DNA from: an uncultured bacterium
GTDB lineage: Bacteria; Oederibacteriota; Oederibacteriia; Oederibacteriales; Oederibacteriaceae
NCBI GenBank assembly: GCA_965112635.1
Contig: OZ218778.1
Span: 437,807-501,806, forward strand
Direction: 5' to 3'
Length of the DNA stretch: 64,000 bases
The stretch's first letter is position 1, and the number at the start of each line of letters is the position of its first letter. The translations under genes were made by a program, and so were the position numbers. The notes beneath the pieces were generated by a model. It did not search any database. It had not been told where the DNA came from and saw only the letters and a list, made by a program, of their open reading frames with translations. Positions 20,764 through 30,657 of the stretch are shown piece by piece.

Positions 20764-21826
20764 TTACCCTCCCTGGCCATATAGTCTTCGATCTGCATAT
20801 CGGTAAATCCGCGCATATCCCGTTTTTCTTGATAAGCCTTATACCAATCAGCGGTCCATTTCAAGGCCGTGGCCAGGTCCAATTTAGGATGCCATCCCAG
20901 TCTTGTATTAGCCTTGGTGGTGTCCAATTTTAAGAGGCGGGCTTCATGGGGATGCATCCGGGCATCTTTTTTCCAGGCAGCTTTACCTCTCCACTCTTGG
21001 GCCAATCTATCAACCACCCAGGAAACAGGTTTACACCCCTCTTTTTTGGGCCGAAATTCCACCCCTCGGCGAATTCGTCCCCTTTCTGCCATAATTTTTC
21101 CACGAGTTCCATATATCCGAAAACAGGTTCCAGGACATGCTGCCAGGGCCGCACCGCGCCGGGATGGCGCAGTACCACAGGCCTCCCAGCCATAAAGGAG
21201 CGCATGACATCGGGGACCAGCCTGTCTTTGGCCCAATCCCCCCCGCCAAAGACATTCCCAGCCCTGGCCGAAGCGACCGCAGCCGATCCTTTTCTCACCG
21301 AAAAAAAGGACCTCCGGTATGAGGCGACTGCAAGCTCCGCGCAACCTTTGCTGCTGGAATAGGGGTCGTGCCCGCCCATGGTATCCTCTTCGCGGTAACC
21401 CCTGGCCCACTCCCTGTTCTCATAGCATTTATCCGTGGTGATGATCAAAACCGCCCTGGTCCCTCTGGTTTGACGGACCGCCTCCAGGACATTGACCGTC
21501 CCCATGAGGTTAGTATCAAAGGTTTCGACGGGGAATCGGTAGGAATGCCGCAGGATAGCTTGAGCCGCCATATGAATAACGATCTCAGGTCTGTATTTTT
21601 TCATGACCCGGACCAGAGGGTTCAGATCTCGGATGTCTCCCTTCCGGGAGACCATCCCTTGATCCACCTGGAGGATCTCGAACAGGCTGGGACGGGTGGG
21701 AGGATCCAGTGAATAGCCAATGAGCCTAGCACCCATCTTTTTCAGGATTACGGAAAGCCATCCACCCTTAAAACCGGTATGACCGGTCAACAGGACCCTT
21801 TTCCCTTTCCAAAACTGCGGGGTCAT
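20760..21826 (-). pseudogene. rfbG: CDP-glucose 4,6-dehydratase (RfbG/DdhB) with a 1-nt frameshift in an A6 run at about 21049-21054
   Basis: The N-terminal 300 aa (frame of ORF 20930..21910 from MTPQFW) match RfbG through ...EGWNFGP. The true RfbG C-terminus (KPVSWVVDRLAQEW...HPHEARLLKLD...LGWHP) continues in the -1 frame, inside ORF 20760..21410. One extra A would give ...NFGPKKEGCKPVSW... as a single 355-aa protein. Confidence 0.7.
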
Positions 21827-22593
21827 CCCCACATCCTCCACGGAGCTTTTCCCGAAGACCACAGGTCGTTGAGATAGTGCTTGTCCCGGAGAGTATCCAT
21901 GGGTTGCCAAAATCCTTCATGCTTGTAGGCGTTAAGCTCTCCCTCTTGGGCCAGCCGCTCTAGTGGCTCCCTTTCCCATACCGTCGAGTCGCTCTGGATA
22001 TAATCGATGACCTTGTGAGAGAGTACGAAAAACCCCCCATTGATCCACCCTCCGTCCCCTTGAGGCTTTTCCTGAAAACCGGTCACGGCTTGACCTTTCA
22101 TTTGTAAAGCTCCAAAACGGCCTGGCTGACGGGTCGCGGTCAGGGTGGCCAACCGTTTTGACCGTTTATGAAAGGAGAGGAGTTCGGCCAGGTGCACATC
22201 GCCCACTCCATCCCCATAGGTCATACAAAAATCTTTGCCCTCCAGATAGTCCCGTATCCGCTTCAACCGCCCGCCGGTCATGGTGCTTTCACCGGTGTCT
22301 ACCAGGGTCACTTTCCAGGGTTCCGCGCTGTTCTGATGGACCTTCATGCGATTGTGCTTCATATCAAAGGTCACATCCGACATATGGAGGAAGTAGTTAG
22401 CAAAATATTCTTTGATCAAATACCCCTTATACCCCAGGCAAATAATGAACTCGTTGAGCCCAAAATGGGAATAGATCTTCATGATATGCCAAAGGATCGG
22501 CTTCCCCCCGATCTCGATCATGGGTTTGGGCTTGAGGTCTGTCTCTTCTGAAAGCCGCGTCCCCATTCCACCCGCTAAAATGACAACCTTCAT
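21823..22593 (-). CDS. rfbF: Glucose-1-phosphate cytidylyltransferase
   Basis: [14 protein letters not shown]...[19 protein letters not shown] and full-length similarity to RfbF/DdhA. The start is placed at MKVVIL. Confidence 0.85.
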   Translation of the reverse strand: MKVVILAGGMGTRLSEETDLKPKPMIEIGGKPILWHIMKIYSHFGLNEFIICLGYKGYLIKEYFANYFLHMSDVTFDMKHNRMKVHQNSAEPWKVTLVDTGESTMTGGRLKRIRDYLEGKDFCMTYGDGVGDVHLAELLSFHKRSKRLATLTATRQPGRFGALQMKGQAVTGFQEKPQGDGGWINGGFFVLSHKVIDYIQSDSTVWEREPLERLAQEGELNAYKHEGFWQPMDTLRDKHYLNDLWSSGKAPWRMWG

Positions 22594-22650
22594 ATCATTC
22601 CTCGTTTCAATCACTCAGGTTTAAAAGGAGGTCCTCACAGAGCTGATTTA

Positions 22651-25600
22651 CTATATCATTTTAGTCTTAAAATTTGGAGGAGCGTCCTCCAAGTTCGGGT
22701 TATAGTAAGGATCAACCTTGGTTTTCCATCGCCACAGTTTGACGAACAGGTCTATTTCCTTTTGGCTTACGCTCTTTTCGCGATTTTGAGATTCGTAATG
22801 GTAAAACAGGCCGAAGGGCGTATACACGATCCGGTAGCCGGCTTCGTGGACCCGGAGGCAATAATCGATATCATTGTAATTCACCGCGAATTCCTCATTG
22901 AACCCCTTCAATTTTTTGAACAGGTCCCTGCGCGTCATCATGCACGCACCCGTCACCGCCAGATAGTTGCGGTTTCCGCAGAGATTGAAAAAGTGCCCTG
23001 GAAAATCCCCGGGATATCCCCTAAAGACATGGTCCGGCAGGCCGTCAATGAATGACACACCGCCATGCTGGAGCGTGCCGTCCCCGTAAAGGAGTTTGGG
23101 ACCCACAACGCCCACATGGCAGTTTTGCATGATCCCAACCATACCTTCGAGCCAGTCCGGGCTGATCAGCTTCACGTCGTCGTTCATAAAAAAAAGGAAT
23201 TCGCCTTTGGCTACCCTTGCCCCTAGGTTCATTTTTTTAGCTACATTGAAGACCGGCTCCCTATAATGAACGAACTCCTTGGCAAGTCTTCTCACATGCT
23301 TTAGGGTTTTCTCGCGCAGGTCTCCGTTATCCACTACAATGATCTCAAAATTCCGATAGGAACTTTTCTTCACGATGGACTCTATACATTCAGCCAAAAG
23401 ATCGGTTTTATGTCCTTTGACCTCCGCGTCCCTGCCCGCGCTAGGTATTACGATCGACACCAAAGGTTCATCCTTGACCTCATACCGGACATAAAAGCAT
23501 CCGGCAAAAGGGCTGTTGCTGACCTTGGCTTTTCCGTTCTTCCTTTCAACACGGCCGCCCAATGCTTTAATAGCGGCATCGGTAACATAATGTTTTTGCT
23601 CCATGGTCAAAGCTGTGGAACCAGGAATGGCTCGCCAGTGATAGAAAACTTTGGGAATATGTTTGATCTTTCTGGCTTTTTCTGTGAATCTTAGAACAAA
23701 ATCAAAATCCTGCGCACCTTCATACCCAAGCCGCATGCCTCCTAGTTCCTTGACCAGAGAGGACCTATAACAAGCTAAGTGCGCGATATACATGCAGGAT
23801 TCAAGGTATTCCGGAGACCAGTCCGGCTTGAAGAAAGGTTCGTAGCGCTGTCCCCGGATGCTGATTTTATCCTCATCGCTGTATATCAGATCTATTTCCC
23901 GGTCCTGGTTGAGCATCCGGGCAAATTCAAAAAGCGCATCAGGAGAAATTTCGTCGTCATGATCCATAAGACAAATATAATCCCCCGTGGCAAGTTCGAG
24001 GGCGGAATTGGTGGAAGCTGAGATATGACCGTTTTTTTCGCGGAAGACAACTTTGATCCTGGGATCCTTGTCGCGGTATCTCTCCAGGACTCGTCTTACA
24101 TGGGACTGAGTGGAGGCGTCATCGGCCAGGCATATTTCAAAATCCGGATAGATCTGACCTAGGATAGAATCCAAGCAGGCATTCAGCCAATGCTCTTCTA
24201 CATTATAGACCGGGATGGCAAAAGAAAATCGAGGACGCCAGCTGAAAGATTTGATCTCATTAGACATTTGGACGCAATCCTGATCCGTAAAGGTATGTTT
24301 TTTTAGCCAGAACTGGTACCGTTCATAATCCAATCTATCCAAGGACTGGAACTGCCCTCTAAGCCGTTGCTTTAAAGAGGCGTATCCCTCGGTAAGCATT
24401 ATTCTAAGGACCTTCAGAGCAAATGTCTTCAAGGTCCCCTGACTAAAGTGATGTTGAAGCTTTTTAACAATGACCGTGAAGCCGATCTCCAAGCGGGTAA
24501 CTTGATAAAGTTCAAGACCAGCTAAGGCGAACTCTGTCGCGTCCGGGAAAGGAACCACTTTGATTTGCAAAATATCACTATTTAATGGGAGAAAGACCGG
24601 CCTCATTTTGATATCAGAGAATCGGATAATCAAAGGATTGGTCACGATAAATCCTTGACCATAATTGAAATACAAATAAATCATTTCTGGCATCGGAACC
24701 GACCCCTGATAGGATACCTTAACCCAGCCTCGCGGAAGTTCAGCCTCTAAAATGAATTCAGAGCTTGGCCTGGCCATCCTCCATCGATTCTCTTTGTCAA
24801 GGATAGGTTCCACATCAAGAAAAGGTTTAAATTTTATAGGGACCTTTTTTCTTAAAAAAAACATTTTCTGTTTTTTGGGACCAAGAAAGCTCCTAAGATA
24901 ATTCTCACGCTCTTCCGTTGTGGTCGGCTTATACGATCTCGTCGGGTCCAGGCTCAGGAGTCGGGCATAGTAACGGACATCCGGTATATGGTCAGCATAG
25001 GTTCTCGTAAATGTTCCCAGTTCTAGAGAAGGGACCAAATCATCCAGATTTTTGGCGCACAGGCCGGACATGAAAGGCGTAAAGACAATCCTTTTCTTTT
25101 GTCTCATGGCATGGGCCCCTGTCCAGGCACCCAAAAAAATCAGAGAGCCACCTGCCCACCTGCCATTTTCCAAAAGCTCCAACAAAAAGGACGCATCAAT
25201 AACTGAAAGGGCACTGGAAACTGCGCTAACCGAATGCGGCTTCCACATCTGGCCGAAATATCCCGGCTTGTCCTTAGAATACCCTCGATCCGGACAGCCC
25301 ACCGCTCCTCCAAACCCGAAGTAGTCCCCTGCGGCCAAGAGATCTCCCTTTTCATTGAAAATCCTTCCTCCGACCATGACCGTATCAGGAAAAAGCTCGA
25401 AATATTTCAGCGTTTCCCAAGGCCAGGAACTCCCCTCCGTTTTGACCCCCTGATAGAGCGTATGGACATATCCTCCGGCTTGCGCTGTATCTCTTACTAG
25501 ATCGGCTATCTCCTTGGGTGTCGCCACCAATGGGACCGCTCTTACCTGATGAACAGGATAGGCCGCGGAGTTCAAAAGAGCACCGCCATCAAAGGTCTCC

Positions 25601-27414
25601 GGATCGTCGCAAAAAACCAAGGTCAGGAAAGGTTTGGAATTTTTATGACCCGGAAAAATGTGCCAATCCGGTGTTTTCTTGTCAAAAAGCGGGCTCAGAC
25701 CGATAGTATATTGTTCGGATGGCCGACAAGATGTCAGGTACTTCCCTATAACGTGTTTTTGGGAATCATAGACATAAGCTTTGGATTCGATATTCAAGGC
25801 GCAAGAATCCGAATGCATGCGCCAGCTATAGAGGATCTCAGGGACGTGTACCGGAACTTGTCCGGCAAGTGTAAAACGCATGAAAGTGTCCCAGTCGTGA
25901 CATCCTTCGGCCTGGGGATCGGAATAGACACCCAACTTCAAAGCGGTTTCCCTATGAATAGCGCCTAAATGGGCTATATAACAGGAGTGGGTAAAAAGGA
26001 CCGGGTCCCAGTCGGGTTTAAGGTAGGGATCGCTCCGCGTTTCTTTCCATCTTTTTTCCTGTTCAATATAAATGAGCCGGATCTTATCTTCATCGGAATA
26101 AAAAAGGTGTGCATTCGGGTTTTTGCGGATATACCACTCCATGATGCGGAGGCTGTCTGGATAAAGGGTATCGTCCGAATCCATGGGGAGAATGAACCGT
26201 CCCTTGGCCTGTTCCAGGCAATATCGCATGCCACCCATTATCCCCAGGTTGTTCTCCACGCGAAAAAGTCTGACCTGTTTATTTTGACCTAACCTCTTGA
26301 GGAACTGGACCGTATCAGGAGCCGTGGAACCATTGTCCAACACGATCCATTCGAAAGAGGGTCGGCCTTTTTGGGACCGTACGCTTCGAGCTAAAGCTTC
26401 TAAATATCGGACCTGGGTATTCCAGGTGCACGTTAATAGCGACATGGTTTTTGCTTCGTTAGGCGCTTTGAAACCATGCGAAATACGTTCCAACCACCCA
26501 TCCTGGTAGCTGTTTCGGCGGTCCCGGACCCTCTTTCGTATCCATAGTTCGTATTCATTCTCATCTCGCATGCCCAGCAAGAACTTCAGGAGGCGCTTGA
26601 TTGCTCGGCCCGGCACTGTCCCGAGGAATTTACGGACCATGGGGTTCATTTTAAGCTTTTCTTTGAGGGTTGTTGGGGCCGCTTCCTCGCGTTTTTTCTG
26701 TTCTTCGTGGCGCTGGTTTTCCAGCTCTTTCTCATGAGATAAGACCCTGGCCGTGAGTTTCTCCGTAAAGAGGATCAGATCTTCTTCAGAGATGGACGGT
26801 CCTTTTTTGAAGACCATGGCCTGAAGTGTCAGGACATCGGGATTGAGTGTGGCATCAGGGTGAAAGCCGTTCTCTCGGAATATTCTGGCCCAATACAAAA
26901 TGGGACGCACATTGATATGGGTCGGTTCGGTAAAATCCGTGGGGGAAGAGGAAAAAAGCACGGCCCCGGCCTTTTCCGTGAGATGCTTGATGCATGCCCG
27001 GCCATCTTGATCCGTCAGATGCTCCACAACCTCAATGCAGGTGACAAGATCATATTCTCGGTTAAGCGGTTCGGTCGCCAAGCCTACCCGGCAGTAGGGA
27101 CGGATGTCTTCACGAACTTGGCTGATAGCGTACTTGGACACGTCCACGCCGTAAGCCAGGACACCGCGGTCCCGGAGCGCCTCCACCAGGAAACCTTTGG
27201 CGCAGCCCACGTCCATGACGGTTCTAGGCTTAAGGTTCTGAACGATCCAGTCCGCCACTTTCCCAAAAAAGTCTAGAAAATGCGGATGACTCCGGTCGTA
27301 TGGGATTGGGCCACAATTATTTTTATAATACTTTTTGCCGAAAAGGGATTGTGCCTTACCAATATTGATTCCGTCATGTTTTTTCAAGGATCTTCCCCGC
27401 CAAATCAAATCCAA
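22651..27414 (-). CDS. 1587-aa multidomain glycan-assembly enzyme (WbdA/WsaE-like): an N-terminal SAM methyltransferase followed by three GT2 glycosyltransferase domains
   Basis: MTase motif I VMDVGCAKGFL and post-I CIEVVEHL. The three GT2 modules begin about aa 330 (WIVLDNGS...PMDSDDTLYPD), about aa 750 (FAIPVYNVEE...ADDAST...DHDDEISPD) and about aa 1230 (VSIVIPSAG...VVDNGD...FMNDDV). The gene sits directly downstream of wzm-wzt-MTase. Confidence 0.8.
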   Translation of the reverse strand: MDLIWRGRSLKKHDGINIGKAQSLFGKKYYKNNCGPIPYDRSHPHFLDFFGKVADWIVQNLKPRTVMDVGCAKGFLVEALRDRGVLAYGVDVSKYAISQVREDIRPYCRVGLATEPLNREYDLVTCIEVVEHLTDQDGRACIKHLTEKAGAVLFSSSPTDFTEPTHINVRPILYWARIFRENGFHPDATLNPDVLTLQAMVFKKGPSISEEDLILFTEKLTARVLSHEKELENQRHEEQKKREEAAPTTLKEKLKMNPMVRKFLGTVPGRAIKRLLKFLLGMRDENEYELWIRKRVRDRRNSYQDGWLERISHGFKAPNEAKTMSLLTCTWNTQVRYLEALARSVRSQKGRPSFEWIVLDNGSTAPDTVQFLKRLGQNKQVRLFRVENNLGIMGGMRYCLEQAKGRFILPMDSDDTLYPDSLRIMEWYIRKNPNAHLFYSDEDKIRLIYIEQEKRWKETRSDPYLKPDWDPVLFTHSCYIAHLGAIHRETALKLGVYSDPQAEGCHDWDTFMRFTLAGQVPVHVPEILYSWRMHSDSCALNIESKAYVYDSQKHVIGKYLTSCRPSEQYTIGLSPLFDKKTPDWHIFPGHKNSKPFLTLVFCDDPETFDGGALLNSAAYPVHQVRAVPLVATPKEIADLVRDTAQAGGYVHTLYQGVKTEGSSWPWETLKYFELFPDTVMVGGRIFNEKGDLLAAGDYFGFGGAVGCPDRGYSKDKPGYFGQMWKPHSVSAVSSALSVIDASFLLELLENGRWAGGSLIFLGAWTGAHAMRQKKRIVFTPFMSGLCAKNLDDLVPSLELGTFTRTYADHIPDVRYYARLLSLDPTRSYKPTTTEERENYLRSFLGPKKQKMFFLRKKVPIKFKPFLDVEPILDKENRWRMARPSSEFILEAELPRGWVKVSYQGSVPMPEMIYLYFNYGQGFIVTNPLIIRFSDIKMRPVFLPLNSDILQIKVVPFPDATEFALAGLELYQVTRLEIGFTVIVKKLQHHFSQGTLKTFALKVLRIMLTEGYASLKQRLRGQFQSLDRLDYERYQFWLKKHTFTDQDCVQMSNEIKSFSWRPRFSFAIPVYNVEEHWLNACLDSILGQIYPDFEICLADDASTQSHVRRVLERYRDKDPRIKVVFREKNGHISASTNSALELATGDYICLMDHDDEISPDALFEFARMLNQDREIDLIYSDEDKISIRGQRYEPFFKPDWSPEYLESCMYIAHLACYRSSLVKELGGMRLGYEGAQDFDFVLRFTEKARKIKHIPKVFYHWRAIPGSTALTMEQKHYVTDAAIKALGGRVERKNGKAKVSNSPFAGCFYVRYEVKDEPLVSIVIPSAGRDAEVKGHKTDLLAECIESIVKKSSYRNFEIIVVDNGDLREKTLKHVRRLAKEFVHYREPVFNVAKKMNLGARVAKGEFLFFMNDDVKLISPDWLEGMVGIMQNCHVGVVGPKLLYGDGTLQHGGVSFIDGLPDHVFRGYPGDFPGHFFNLCGNRNYLAVTGACMMTRRDLFKKLKGFNEEFAVNYNDIDYCLRVHEAGYRIVYTPFGLFYHYESQNREKSVSQKEIDLFVKLWRWKTKVDPYYNPNLEDAPPNFKTKMI

Positions 27415-27433
27415 AAATATTATTCACAACCAG

Positions 27434-28594
27434 TCACATTCGACGAAAGCTAACAACAAATTCATCAGTATGTGCGTAAGGTTCAAATGTTTCTTCCAAA
27501 GAAAGGGGTAAAAGCTTAAGCCTCCTGATCACTTCCCAGCACTCAATGAATGAATCAAGCGTCCAAACATTGCAGTGGACATCATGATAATGATTATTTG
27601 ATAACAGATCGACAGCTGCCTGAAATGCTGATTTCAATTTTTCATCATTATAGGTGGAAGTTTTTACAGGCTTTGGTTCAATGTATGACATAAATGCTAT
27701 AAAATCAAACACCTGCTTGACCGAAGGGCGTTCCAGATTCCGTATGTAGGCATCCACTAGGTCTGATGGGGTGGACAGAGCGCGAAAATGGTCAAAAGTG
27801 CGTGTTTTCTCGGGAATCGCCAAATTGATCAGACCTCCTGGCTTAATGACCGAAGCGATCTGGGACAGCCATCCTATGGGGTTCGGGACATGCTCTATCA
27901 CATGTGCCGCAACGCAGTAATCAAAAGTTATATCCTGCGGGATCACATTTCGGATAGGCCCGCCGGACCAGATAAAATCAATATCGCAAATCTTGTCTAT
28001 ATCTACGTATATCGTTTGATTTGCCTTGTATTTTTTTATGAGACCGTCCCTGTCCGCATGGTCTACATATTTGACATTGGTTTTTTGTTTGGAGAGAAGC
28101 GGGCGGTCAAGCGGACCCAGCTCTATCCCAACCATGGTATCCAGGGATATTCCCCTCAATAGCCGCCTCAAACGCTCTTGATGCCAGGTGCATGGTGAAT
28201 TCACCAGATGCGCGCCATTGGGGAAACGGACTTCCAGGGTATCCGAGACGGTCAACGGTTCGGGGAAGTTGAAGTTAAAGCCAGCTTCCCGCGGCAATCC
28301 CGCCGCTGCAAGATCATCCCTGGAGTTATTTGGCGGCACCCGAGCCAGCAATTTACCGTTTAAAAAAAGGTCCACGGAGGATGGCTGTTTTTTTGAATCA
28401 ACCGCCCAGCCGGCTATATGGCTTTGGTGGCACATATCTACGTACCCCTGGTAACCGCCCTTATCCTCGGCTCCAAGCGGACGCTTGTTAAAGCTAAACG
28501 CGCTCAGTCCGGATTTGAAAGAAGATAACAATTTGCGTATTGTCCCTTTTTTGTGTTCAGTCATGATCAATCCTTTAACATGCGCCATTGACAT
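27434..28594 (-). CDS. Putative chain-terminating methyltransferase (WbdD-like position; divergent MTase fold with an N-terminal beta-rich domain)
   Basis: The C-terminal half has an MTase-like layout (GIELGPLD...; CVAAHVIEHVPNP...IKPGGLINLAIPE). The gene order wzm-wzt-this gene-polymerase mirrors E. coli O8/O9a wzm-wzt-wbdD-wbdA. The start is uncertain (28594 or 28564). Confidence 0.45.
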   Translation of the reverse strand: MSMAHVKGLIMTEHKKGTIRKLLSSFKSGLSAFSFNKRPLGAEDKGGYQGYVDMCHQSHIAGWAVDSKKQPSSVDLFLNGKLLARVPPNNSRDDLAAAGLPREAGFNFNFPEPLTVSDTLEVRFPNGAHLVNSPCTWHQERLRRLLRGISLDTMVGIELGPLDRPLLSKQKTNVKYVDHADRDGLIKKYKANQTIYVDIDKICDIDFIWSGGPIRNVIPQDITFDYCVAAHVIEHVPNPIGWLSQIASVIKPGGLINLAIPEKTRTFDHFRALSTPSDLVDAYIRNLERPSVKQVFDFIAFMSYIEPKPVKTSTYNDEKLKSAFQAAVDLLSNNHYHDVHCNVWTLDSFIECWEVIRRLKLLPLSLEETFEPYAHTDEFVVSFRRM

Positions 28595-29799
28595 GGAAGA
28601 TACGCAACCCCAAGGTTTCCCTTAACTTTTTCTGATTCTAAAACTATGAATGGAAAATGCTTATCCCAATGGTCATAACATATTGAACCGGTATAATTAT
28701 AAATAGCCGCCGTAAAATTATATCTCCCGGGTAAAAGGGGTAACGAATCGATCGAATATTCAACGGCTCCCTCCCCCTTAACAGTCGAAGTATTAAAATC
28801 ACTTATCTTGGTATTGGTACCATTGACATGGAACCCGTCTTCACGATGAATGGCCACACCGAACATAGGCTTTTCTATTTCTTTATGAGCAATATATTCA
28901 ATATGCACAGCAAAAGGTTCATTGGTTCTAAAAACATTACCCATGGTTCCATCACTTTTCACAAAATTGACGGCTGTAATTTCCATTTCTTTGTTCCCCC
29001 ATCGGTTCGGGACATTTTGATAATGCAGGGTGCGGCGGACAGCTTCGGCGTTGGTGTGCAAGAGTTGGTGATACGTGGCGATCACACTATTCGGCTCCCC
29101 GATCTTAAAGCATGCCCCCTGGTCCAGAAGACACACCTGGTCGCACATCTGCTCCACCGCATTGAGGTCGTGGGATACCAGCAGGATGGTCTTGCCGCTT
29201 TTCCTCAGGTCCCTTACCTTCTCAAGGCACTTGGCCTGGAAACTTTCGTCACCCACGGCAAGGATCTCGTCGATGATCAGGATATCGGGGACCACATGGA
29301 TGGCCACGGAAAAGGCCAGCTTCATGTACATGCCGCTGGAGTAGGTTCGGACCGGGTCGTCGATATACTCCCCCATCTCGGCGAACTCGACGATCTCGTC
29401 GAACTTGGCCTTGATCTGGTTTTTGGAGAGTCCCAGGATGATACCGTTGATGATCACGTTTTCCCGCCCTGATAATTCAGGATGGAATCCGGCTCCCAGC
29501 TCGATCAAAGCGGCGATATTGCCTTGGACCGTGATAGCGCCCTCGTCCGGCTTGAGAATGCCGCTGATCAGTTTGAGAAGGGTGCTTTTACCCGAACCGT
29601 TCCTGCCGATGATCCCAAGCGTGGTCCCTTTTTCGATTTGCAGAGTAACGTCCTTTAGGGCCCAAAGCAGATCCCTGCCAGTATCCTTTCGGGGATGCCA
29701 TAGGTCGTAAAGGATATAGGATTTAAGGGAGGTCATGATGGGCCGCCGTCCATGGCGGGAGAATTTTTTTGACACTCCTTTTATCTCGATACTGTGCAT
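28567..29799 (-). CDS. wzt: O-antigen/glycan ABC transporter ATP-binding protein with a C-terminal carbohydrate-binding domain
   Basis: Walker A GRNGSGKST, signature YSSGM, Walker B ILIIDE. An extra ~150-aa beta-rich C-terminal domain is typical of Wzt proteins that recognise a terminal glycan modification. Confidence 0.85.
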   Translation of the reverse strand: MHSIEIKGVSKKFSRHGRRPIMTSLKSYILYDLWHPRKDTGRDLLWALKDVTLQIEKGTTLGIIGRNGSGKSTLLKLISGILKPDEGAITVQGNIAALIELGAGFHPELSGRENVIINGIILGLSKNQIKAKFDEIVEFAEMGEYIDDPVRTYSSGMYMKLAFSVAIHVVPDILIIDEILAVGDESFQAKCLEKVRDLRKSGKTILLVSHDLNAVEQMCDQVCLLDQGACFKIGEPNSVIATYHQLLHTNAEAVRRTLHYQNVPNRWGNKEMEITAVNFVKSDGTMGNVFRTNEPFAVHIEYIAHKEIEKPMFGVAIHREDGFHVNGTNTKISDFNTSTVKGEGAVEYSIDSLPLLPGRYNFTAAIYNYTGSICYDHWDKHFPFIVLESEKVKGNLGVAYLPCQWRMLKD

Positions 29800-29802
29800 G
29801 GC

Positions 29803-30579
29803 CTACACTTCCTCCGCGAAAACGTCTTTTCGTGAATCAAAGAACATCAAGGCCAATACAAAGAAGACTAAAGTGAAAAGGGTCAGCAGGGCGAGACCCG
29901 TGAGGGAAGGCATCCGGTCATAAAAGAAAATATCATGGTAAGCCCCGATGAACCAAGCCATGGGGTTGTAGTTCAGCAGAAACTGATATTTGGCCGGGAT
30001 CATGCTCTCGGGATAGACCACCGGCGTGGCGAACATCCAGATCATAAGGAGATTGGGAACGATATGTATCAGGTCCCGGAACTGCACCACCAGGGAGGAA
30101 GTGATCAGGGTCAAACTAAAAGCAAAGACGAACTGGACCGCCATAATGAAGGGCAGGAGAAGCAGGATCCATGAAAATTTGATCCCAAAACAAGCCAAAA
30201 AGATCAAAAGAATAGGAAGGCTGAGCAGATAATGGATCATGGTCGAGGCCGTGGTGACCAGGGGAAATATCTCCGCGGGAAGGGACACTTTTTTGATCAG
30301 GCCTCCGTTGACCAGGATAGAGCTGGACCCCTCGGTCAGCGCCGACGAGAACCACGCCCAGGGCAGGATCCCGCACAGAAGATAGGCGGAAAAATGCTCC
30401 ATCTGTACCCGCATATATACGGAGAACACAAGCACATAGATCAGCATCAAAAGTAGAGGGTTGATGAAGGACCACAAAAATCCCAGGGAAGTGCCCCGGT
30501 ACCGCACCTTGAGCTCTTTCGCGATAAGCACCTGGGCCAGGCCGTAATACCTATAAAGCTGAAGGATGCGTTCTATCAC
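29803..30579 (-). CDS. wzm: ABC-2 type polysaccharide export permease
   Basis: 258 aa with six predicted TM helices and ABC-2 family features. Translationally coupled to wzt. Confidence 0.85.
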   Translation of the reverse strand: MIERILQLYRYYGLAQVLIAKELKVRYRGTSLGFLWSFINPLLLMLIYVLVFSVYMRVQMEHFSAYLLCGILPWAWFSSALTEGSSSILVNGGLIKKVSLPAEIFPLVTTASTMIHYLLSLPILLIFLACFGIKFSWILLLLPFIMAVQFVFAFSLTLITSSLVVQFRDLIHIVPNLLMIWMFATPVVYPESMIPAKYQFLLNYNPMAWFIGAYHDIFFYDRMPSLTGLALLTLFTLVFFVLALMFFDSRKDVFAEEV

Positions 30580-30657
30580 TGCACAACTCCTACCCTGTCA
30601 ATTTTTTATCGATTTTTCTAAATCCTGCAGCACTGTGCACGGGAGCAGATAAAAACC

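Noticed and set aside
20760-21410. 216-aa ORF treated as an independent Arg/Gly-rich protein
   Set aside because: Its N-terminal two thirds is out-of-frame read-through of rfbG. Only its last ~90 codons are real, and they are the authentic C-terminus of the frameshifted CDP-glucose 4,6-dehydratase.
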